Position numbers and translations under genes: made by a program. Source: a virus. From it: a DNA stretch of 64,000 nucleotides. The stretch lies in the IMG/VR virus record IMGVR_UViG_3300010048_000001, positions 1-64,000 of that record. One strand, written 5' to 3'. Positions within the stretch are counted from its first letter, which is position 1; every line of letters begins with the position of its first letter. The notes under the pieces were generated by a model that saw nothing but the letters and a program-made list of their open reading frames with translations, had not been told where the DNA came from and searched no databases. This document shows positions 57,578 to 64,000 of the stretch, piece by piece.

Positions 57578-57847
57578 TCAGGGTCCGGCCGGCGCCGCGC
57601 GCTTCAAATGCCTCTCGACGTGGTTCGACAGCTCGTCGACGCTCTGCTGTACCTTGTCGATCGCCTCCAAGGCCGAATCGTCCTCTTCAGGGGAGGCGTC
57701 GTCGGGGACATCTCGCTTTCGGTGATGCCGCGGCGGCGGCTCGTCCGGCAACGCCATCTGGGGCAACGCCGGCGGGGGTAAGGCCCCTTGCTGGCTCGCG
57801 CAGCCCACCAACAGCAGCGCCAGGAGAAGAGCAATCCTCATGTGCAC
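57578..57847 (-). CDS. lipoprotein (possible o-spanin-like)
   Basis: Lipobox LLVGC followed by a Pro-rich stretch. Confidence 0.5.
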   Translation of the reverse strand: MHMRIALLLALLLVGCASQQGALPPPALPQMALPDEPPPRHHRKRDVPDDASPEEDDSALEAIDKVQQSVDELSNHVERHLKRAAPAGP

Positions 57848-58188
57848 GCCGGCTCCCAGACTGGCAATCCGGCACGACGGGATCTCATAATCATGTCCGC
57901 AGTTCCCTTGCCCCCAGGAAAGGCAATCACGCCGTCCGGCTTACCTTCATCGATCATTTGCTGGTTCCGGACCACACCTGCCCGCCGTCCGTGTTCGTCC
58001 CATTGCGCTGGATACGAGACACAGGGGATACCCCTCTCCTCAGCCCACTGACACGCGAGGTAATCCGCACCTCTTGCCGCGCCCTGAATGACGAAGTCTA
58101 TCCCACGTCTTGAGTGCACTCGATCCAAGGCATTGAACACCGCTCGACGATCACGGAAATCACGACCACCGCAGACCAGTATCCTCAT
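57838..58188 (-). CDS. DUF2493/YspA SLOG-family protein
   Basis: ILVCGGRDF, IQGAARGAD, PAQW..HGRRAG..RNQQM, AFPGGKGTADM. Confidence 0.9.
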   Translation of the reverse strand: MRILVCGGRDFRDRRAVFNALDRVHSRRGIDFVIQGAARGADYLACQWAEERGIPCVSYPAQWDEHGRRAGVVRNQQMIDEGKPDGVIAFPGGKGTADMIMRSRRAGLPVWEPACT

Positions 58189-58538
58189 TTGCGCTTCATC
58201 GCCTGCATTTTCAGATCGGTGCGCAACTCATTCAGTGCAGTGTTTATTTTGTCGAGCGAGTCGCGCAAATACGTCGAGAGATCGTGATCCTCTGCCTTTA
58301 ACTCGGCCAGCGATTTCTCAGCAATCGTCACTCGGACATCCATCGCCCCATATCTCGCGCTCATGTCCTGATGTAGCGCTTCGAGTTCCTGGTGCGTTAT
58401 GACGAACGCAGTAGCCAGGCCCAGCAGGAACACAATCTGCAGAACATTCACGACATGAGCATAGCCGACGTTGTTGGGCTGCTTAGCCGCAGAGATTTGG
58501 TCATCGATCATATTGTCGGCCATCTTGTTCGAGTTCAT
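58185..58538 (-). CDS. single-TM coiled-coil protein
   Basis: Hydrophobic segment followed by heptads; lysis-cassette-like context. Confidence 0.55.
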   Translation of the reverse strand: MNSNKMADNMIDDQISAAKQPNNVGYAHVVNVLQIVFLLGLATAFVITHQELEALHQDMSARYGAMDVRVTIAEKSLAELKAEDHDLSTYLRDSLDKINTALNELRTDLKMQAMKRK

Positions 58539-58782
58539 GGAGAAGTCTCATATTCTGTCTCTGCAAGAGCTGGCGCTCACGTTCACATTGCCTGACATGC
58601 TCGAGGGCTTCGTCGCGCTCACGGCGCGCATCATCCCGATCTTTCCGCATACGCTCGAGCTCGTCACTCAGCTCGTCCTCCGAATCTTTTTTCGCGGTCC
58701 GCGATAATTGGAAATATCCGTTGAGCAGCGTCAGCGCCGCCACAACAAGCGCTCCCCCGGAAATGATCAGTGATGCGTCCAC
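58501..58782 (-). CDS. N-terminal TM plus coiled-coil protein
   Basis: LIISGGALVVAALTLL followed by a charged coil. Confidence 0.55.
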   Translation of the reverse strand: MDASLIISGGALVVAALTLLNGYFQLSRTAKKDSEDELSDELERMRKDRDDARRERDEALEHVRQCERERQLLQRQNMRLLHELEQDGRQYDR

Positions 58783-59181
58783 TTAGCGCCCACTCGAACT
58801 ACGGATCACCGCGCCCGTATGGGCGAAAGCTAGGCCAATCCAGCCGATCTGATCGTTCAGGATAAATTCCCAGGGCCGCTGGGTTCCATCCGCGTAGGTC
58901 TGCTGAACCACACACCACGCGACAAATCCGGCAACGATCACAAGGATGAATTGCTGCGGACCTAGCAATGCGAGCCGGACAAAGGGCGAAAGCCTCCGAT
59001 TGAAGACCGACAACAGGGCTATGTCCGCACACGCCATCATCGCCAGCGACACGAACATGCGATCACTGCCATCGGCCGCAAGGTTGTCCGCTACCCACAT
59101 CAGGCTCGCCAATGCGATCCCATCGCCCGAATGCGGGAACAGCAAAAGCAGCCACGCCTGGATAAGATGAACCAGCGACAC
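58783..59181 (-). CDS. multi-TM membrane protein (possible holin)
   Basis: About 4 hydrophobic segments; start uncertain. Confidence 0.45.
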   Translation of the reverse strand: MSLVHLIQAWLLLLFPHSGDGIALASLMWVADNLAADGSDRMFVSLAMMACADIALLSVFNRRLSPFVRLALLGPQQFILVIVAGFVAWCVVQQTYADGTQRPWEFILNDQIGWIGLAFAHTGAVIRSSSGR

Positions 59182-59827
59182 CGTCGCAATCGTGAACGCG
59201 CCCGGATGGCCGATCGCTTCCCGTATTTCAGCCAGGAATTTCAGTGTGTACCTTCATGCCCGAAAAATTCTCCGGTGGGAGGATTTTAGGGCCGAGGTGT
59301 CGGGCTCAGCCGTTAATCATTTGAACTAGCACGATTAACGGGATTGTGTCGAGAGAAGGCTTACGCCGCAGGCTTATGCCGCCCCAGCATATCGATCGCT
59401 GTAGGTGCCGAAGCTTCTTGACAGGGAATATGGCCGCCGTCATCCCTGGCGTTGAGGCACCAGCAGCCGGTGTTGGTCCCCTTAATGATCGTGAAACAGA
59501 TCCGACGAAGGCGCCACAGAGCCTCTATGTCGAAGGAATCGGCTACGGGCTCCGGCATAACTATGCATCCCGGTATGAGTAGCGAGCGTCGCCTACCTTA
59601 CCGGGATCAATCACCAGGACTCGGCTCACGCACTGCAGCGTTACGTCGTTGCCATTGTCATCGCGCGAATAGCACCAGCATCTGCCATATTCCGCGCTCG
59701 CAGCATTGGAGAGATTGCTTTTCGAGAAGCAGCATCGCATCCGTATGGCAGCTAACCGCGCCATCCTTTCGCCGATGAAATCGGCATCGTGGCACACCTG
59801 GTCCCCCATAGCACAGCCTACCAACCG

Positions 59828-60295
59828 TTAGAACGGCACATCATCGAGATCATTGGCTTGATACTCCGCAGGCAAATCCCCGGCCGTAGCGCCATTCTGT
59901 CGAGACGGTGGACGAGTGCCTGAGCGCTCAGACGATTGGGAGCGCCCCGGACCGTCAAGCATCTGCATCTTCGCATCAAACCCAGACAGCACGATTTCAG
60001 TGGTGAAACGATCCTTGCCGGTCTGGTCAGTCCATTTTCGCGTTTGAACTTTGCCCTGGACGAAAAGCTTGGAGCCTTTGGTGACGTAGGCTTGCACCAC
60101 CTTGATGAGCCCTTCACTCCGAATGATGATGTTGTGCCATTCCGTCCGTTCCTTGCGCTCACCGGTGTTGCGATCCCGCCAGCTCTCCGTTGTTGCGAGA
60201 CTGAATGTCGCAATTTGCGTGCCGTTACTCAGCGACCGAATTTCCGGATCCCGCCCGACGTTTCCGATCAGCATCGCGCAGTTCAAGGATGCCAA
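59828..60295 (-). CDS. ssb: single-stranded DNA-binding protein
   Basis: LIGNVGRDPEIR, ATTESWRDRNTGERKERTEWH, acidic tip LDDVPF. Confidence 0.95.
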   Translation of the reverse strand: MASLNCAMLIGNVGRDPEIRSLSNGTQIATFSLATTESWRDRNTGERKERTEWHNIIIRSEGLIKVVQAYVTKGSKLFVQGKVQTRKWTDQTGKDRFTTEIVLSGFDAKMQMLDGPGRSQSSERSGTRPPSRQNGATAGDLPAEYQANDLDDVPF

Positions 60296-60296
60296 G

Positions 60297-60797
60297 TCAT
60301 GCCTCCAAAAGAATCTCGGATAGATCTTTGTTCAATGCAGCATTCGGCACGAACCACGCCGGCGGCCGGTTGGACTCAGATCGCAGCCAATGGTCCTGCT
60401 TGGCATCAGCCCCGGATATCCATCCGAGGACCCGAAAATGGGGAGACCGCCCCGCAACCAGGACGAAATAATCAAGCGGATGGTCGGTATCTCGTACAAT
60501 CAATGTTCCAAATCCATCGGGCGGCTTTGGTGCCCGACAGGGTGCGGTTCTGATTTGCAGATTGTGCCTGACATCGGCGTGCTTGAACGTGTTCACCGAC
60601 TCTGACCAGACAATCCCTGTCGCTTTGCAGAAAGCCGCCTCACCGGCCGCACCGGGCAAATCCGGAGCTAGCGGATCTCCCACATAGCCGTGCCGCTGCG
60701 TAAATGTGCAGGACGCAGCATTGCGTTTCTCGGCAACCTTAACGCTCCGAGCCACCTCGTCGTCAGTCAACGTCACATCGATCGGAGCCACTAACAC
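60297..60797 (-). CDS. conserved phage protein, possible PD-(D/E)XK fold
   Basis: GAAGEAAF...ADV...QIRT...VLGWI...WFVP..AL. Confidence 0.55.
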   Translation of the reverse strand: MLVAPIDVTLTDDEVARSVKVAEKRNAASCTFTQRHGYVGDPLAPDLPGAAGEAAFCKATGIVWSESVNTFKHADVRHNLQIRTAPCRAPKPPDGFGTLIVRDTDHPLDYFVLVAGRSPHFRVLGWISGADAKQDHWLRSESNRPPAWFVPNAALNKDLSEILLEA

Positions 60798-61085
60798 CAG
60801 CTGACTTTCCCTATGGCGGATTCGATCCCCTCAGTTTGCTCGGACGCAGCCGCGCCAGTGCGGCGCGGCGTGGGGCGAAGCGAGCCTAGTCGCGAGCGGA
60901 GCACGAAACGGGACGGCTCATTTTGTACCCTCATAGACTCTCTGTACCACAGACTCTGGGTAATTAGTACCCTTTATTTTTTATACTCTCTCTTGAGAGG
61001 TAAGAATCCTTAATCCGCGCGCCCGCTATATACGCGCACGCGTATCAACCGTGACGAGTGAGTGGTTTGGGAAATTGCTCTTAAT

Positions 61086-61445
61086 GCAAGCGCAGCGCAA
61101 GCGCAGCGACGCATCTGACATAATTCCTCCTAACTTCAATGTGTTAAGCATTGTACAGAAAAATTATGGCGCTTTGGAGAAAACTGCAAGCGCAGTGCAA
61201 GCGCAGGCGCAAGCGCAGACAATACGCCCCGCCACACCCAAAACTCACAACTACAGATGGAAACCATTGATTTACTTCATAAAAGCGCTTGCGCTTACGA
61301 ATCGATATATCTTTTCGTAAGCGCAAAGCCGGTTGCAGGCAATTCGCTAGAGAAATCCTGGCGATTCCGTATTGTACAGAAAAATAATGGCGCTTACGGA
61401 ACTTAAAGTTGTAAGAGAAAAGCGCCAGTAAAATTATGTACAATA
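61086..61445. repeat. iteron-like repeats; putative replication origin
   Basis: GCAAGCGCAG x5; 13-bp inverted repeat; 25-bp direct repeat; AT-rich; directly downstream of the helicase. Confidence 0.7.
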
Positions 61446-61475
61446 GGAACGCGGAGGGGCCTTTATGTCCTCCGA

Positions 61476-62675
61476 TCACGTCGATTCTTTCTCGTCTGAA
61501 TACCGCATGTCGGCGGGCCGCAGATACTTATGAATGTGCCTCGATGGCCCTATGAGCTCCACAACAACCACCCGACCACTCTCAAGCAAGCGGGCTTGAG
61601 ATGCCTCTATGTCATAAGCCGATACGCTCGCAAGCTCCCGCCGCTTCTTAGCGAGTTTCGCAAGACAATTAGGAGCCTGAAAATTGAGAGCAACGCGAGA
61701 GTCCATGCTGATTAACCAACGGAGAAACTCGTATACATCACGATCAAGCGCTGGTTTTTCATACTGGTAGAGAGTGCGATCCTGCTCACGAACGAAGACG
61801 CCGTCTTTCCAGGTTAGGTCTATTTCGCCGCTCCCAGGCCCCTGATTGTTCTTCATGGTACGTAGGATGCGCCGATTGTCGTCCTCGAGTTCCTCGGGAT
61901 CGTTGTCAGCAGCATCACGCCGAGGTCGCGTTAGATACATGCGTGAGCGCACCGAATTATTCCAAGCCGTAGAGCCGGAAATGCCCGAACCGCTGCTCAT
62001 CCCCATAACGCTAGGGTGCGCGGTAATGATCACCACGCCCTGGATACGCATCGCGAATTGGCGCAGCATTGTAATGAACCGCCGCACCTGCACACGCACA
62101 TATTCTTGCCCGCCGAAGGCGTCCGCTACTGTGTCGATGACGGCATATTGGACGCCGAAATCGAGCGCTGCTTCTTGAAACTGATCCCACAGTGGCGTTG
62201 GCTCGATCCGGTCGGTCCGACGCTCAAATTCCGCCAGGATATTTTCCATCCCGACACGGGAGGAATATAGGACCTCAACGTCTGGGTGCTCGCAGCCATA
62301 ATGATCGTTGATTTTTTCCTGACGACGATGCAATTCGTCCTCATCATCTTCGCAGAATAAGGCGATTCCCTTACCTTTTTTGGTCTTTCTTCCGAACCAA
62401 TTGGCACCTATAGAAGCAGCCGTCAGGAGCTGCTGCATAATCAAAGATTTGCCCAGCCCGCCATCGCCCGACAGCATCACTACGGTACCCTTGAGCATGC
62501 AGCCCTCGACCATCCAGTCATAGCCTTGGGCGTCCTGCTGGTACCATTGAGCCGGAGAGAAAGTTTCAAACCGTTCGAATATCAGGGGCTTTGGTTTGAA
62601 CGGCTGATAAAATCCGCCGCCCGGGAAATTGGTTATGGTGCCGCGGTCAGATCCGCGGCCGTTGTTGTTCGGCAA
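61476..62675 (-). CDS. RepA-like (AAA_25) helicase
   Basis: Walker A GDGGLGKS, CEDD, Walker B VIDT, AHPS, SGSTAWNNSVRSR, KNN. Confidence 0.9.
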   Translation of the reverse strand: MPNNNGRGSDRGTITNFPGGGFYQPFKPKPLIFERFETFSPAQWYQQDAQGYDWMVEGCMLKGTVVMLSGDGGLGKSLIMQQLLTAASIGANWFGRKTKKGKGIALFCEDDEDELHRRQEKINDHYGCEHPDVEVLYSSRVGMENILAEFERRTDRIEPTPLWDQFQEAALDFGVQYAVIDTVADAFGGQEYVRVQVRRFITMLRQFAMRIQGVVIITAHPSVMGMSSGSGISGSTAWNNSVRSRMYLTRPRRDAADNDPEELEDDNRRILRTMKNNQGPGSGEIDLTWKDGVFVREQDRTLYQYEKPALDRDVYEFLRWLISMDSRVALNFQAPNCLAKLAKKRRELASVSAYDIEASQARLLESGRVVVVELIGPSRHIHKYLRPADMRYSDEKEST

Positions 62676-63627
62676 GTGCTTCCCTCCGATACCGTTCGGC
62701 GATCAGCCAATCGTCGAAATCCCCATACTCTTCGGGAGGGAACACGACCTCAGAATCGAGCCCTTGCTCGATGTATGAATCTCGAGCCTTGTAGGCTTCT
62801 CTTTCCCCCACCTTACCACTACCATCACGATCGCCGAAGATCACGATTCGCCGGACGTGCGGCGGTATCTCTACGCGGCCCATGCGATACACTCCTAGCG
62901 CGGCCCAAACCGGGATCCCATAGAGGCACTTCGCCGCGAGCGCTGTCTCGATGCCTTCGGCGATCCCCAACGTAGCGACCCTGGCTGGCCCGAGATGGAC
63001 CGCGCCGGCATCGAGCGGACCTAGCGACATTTTCTCCGATTCGATCGGAGCTTTGGTGTTGGGCGTTATAGGGCGCCCGTCATCGAACCAGAATTTATCC
63101 TGCAGCCAAATCCTTTGGATCGCGATAACCCGCCCCTCGAGGTTCTGCACCGCAGCCACAAGCGCTGGCCAACTTGTTTTTGTCTTGCTGTGCCACAATT
63201 CAGGCACGTAGCGAATCGAGACAGGGATTGTCCGCAGCTCGATCCCACGAGTATAGAGATAAAGCGAAACCGGAGTGCGCTCCGGCGGCTGCGCGTTCAG
63301 GAAAATCTTCCGTGCAGCCTCACGCAGCGCCCTCTCGTCATTGTCGAGTTCGCCCGTGGGCAGCGGCAATTTCTGCGGCTGAATGCGGACGCCAAAATAA
63401 TCCCGGTCCGGCCATAGGCCTCGGGCTCGGAGCGCATCAAGAACGCGCTCTTGGGAACACCCGGCGAAGCATCTAACTAAGACGCGCCCATACTTCTCGT
63501 GAACACTGAGACTGGGCGTCCTATCATCGTGCGCTGGGCACCGGCACATGCCACCCCGAGAGCCCCGCCACTTCCCCTTGAGAGAAGTGACAATTTGCCT
63601 GCCGCTGGCTTGGTCGACGAACGCCAT
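62647..63627 (-). CDS. Zn-finger plus Toprim primase
   Basis: CRCPAHDDRTPSLS...CFAGC; YLYTRGI; AEGIETAL; IFGDRD; GDFDD. Confidence 0.9.
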   Translation of the reverse strand: MAFVDQASGRQIVTSLKGKWRGSRGGMCRCPAHDDRTPSLSVHEKYGRVLVRCFAGCSQERVLDALRARGLWPDRDYFGVRIQPQKLPLPTGELDNDERALREAARKIFLNAQPPERTPVSLYLYTRGIELRTIPVSIRYVPELWHSKTKTSWPALVAAVQNLEGRVIAIQRIWLQDKFWFDDGRPITPNTKAPIESEKMSLGPLDAGAVHLGPARVATLGIAEGIETALAAKCLYGIPVWAALGVYRMGRVEIPPHVRRIVIFGDRDGSGKVGEREAYKARDSYIEQGLDSEVVFPPEEYGDFDDWLIAERYRREALAEQQRPRI

Positions 63628-64000
63628 TGGTAGTCAGGAAGAGTGCTGGCTGCGGCGTCTCTCGCAGCCTGATTTCACACAAACCCAGAGATCGCAGGTC
63701 TCATGACAAGACCAGACTTGCTCATCCGTGAGCGCAGCTCTGCGACGCTCGCACGCGATCTCGTCGCGCCTCGCGCGAATCGCCTCAAAGTCGTCTGCCA
63801 CGCGAGCTCTCGCGGGTGGCTCCTCTGTCACTGACCGTACCGCAGTTGCGCAGGGCCTGCGTGGTGCCAGTCCCATACAAACCAGGAAAAATTATGACGC
63901 GGCGAGGCCGTATGGAGTGCTGCCCATCGTGGTCGCTTCGTCAACACCAGCTTCAGCGCGAATGGCTCGCACTCAAAGAGATCTACCCGGCCGCTGGCAC

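Noticed and set aside
57578-59181. Complete lysis cassette
   Set aside because: Membrane topologies are suggestive, but no endolysin is recognisable here; left as low-confidence calls.
59311-59342. Inverted repeat CCGTTAATC-N14-GATTAACGG as a CtrA site or terminator
   Set aside because: Spacing does not fit TTAA-N7-TTAA, there is no U-tract, and it is a single copy, so no function can be supported.
61051-61479. ORFs of 89 and 111 aa in the origin region
   Set aside because: Translations merely reflect the DNA repeats (AQAQAQ / LRLRLR); AT-rich, non-coding character.
1-64000. tRNA/rRNA genes, integrase, att sites or host genes
   Set aside because: None recognised by eye; prophage versus free phage cannot be decided from this window.

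Overview
The whole window looks like part of a tailed dsDNA phage genome, with no host housekeeping genes; the host is probably an alphaproteobacterium. Almost all genes are on the minus strand. Read right to left: Toprim primase and RepA-type helicase, an iteron-rich putative origin, SSB, membrane/lysis-like genes, a GT-A glycosyltransferase, an S53 peptidase and nucleotide-metabolism genes. Next come a short plus-strand island of tiny ORFs, terS, a GC-skew inversion (candidate packaging site), secreted cargo genes, terL and portal. These are followed by a 2007-aa Ser/Thr/Ala/Gly repeat fibre with glyco-modifying enzymes, then GroES-like, scaffold, decoration and major capsid genes, and His/RGG-rich proteins. 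The most unusual feature is a >10 kb translationally coupled operon (1-10303) of tailspike/fibre/adhesin-like proteins that ALL start with Sec or twin-arginine (Tat) signal peptides. It sits behind the same promoter-plus-two-hairpin leader that precedes the portal gene, suggesting virion appendages that are exported and matured outside the cytoplasm. Also notable: free-standing homing endonucleases next to recoded or duplicated 3' ends of upstream genes, a repeated palindromic operator, and a family of [A/K]xGG-motif disordered proteins. All family calls come from motif recognition by eye; no database searches were run.
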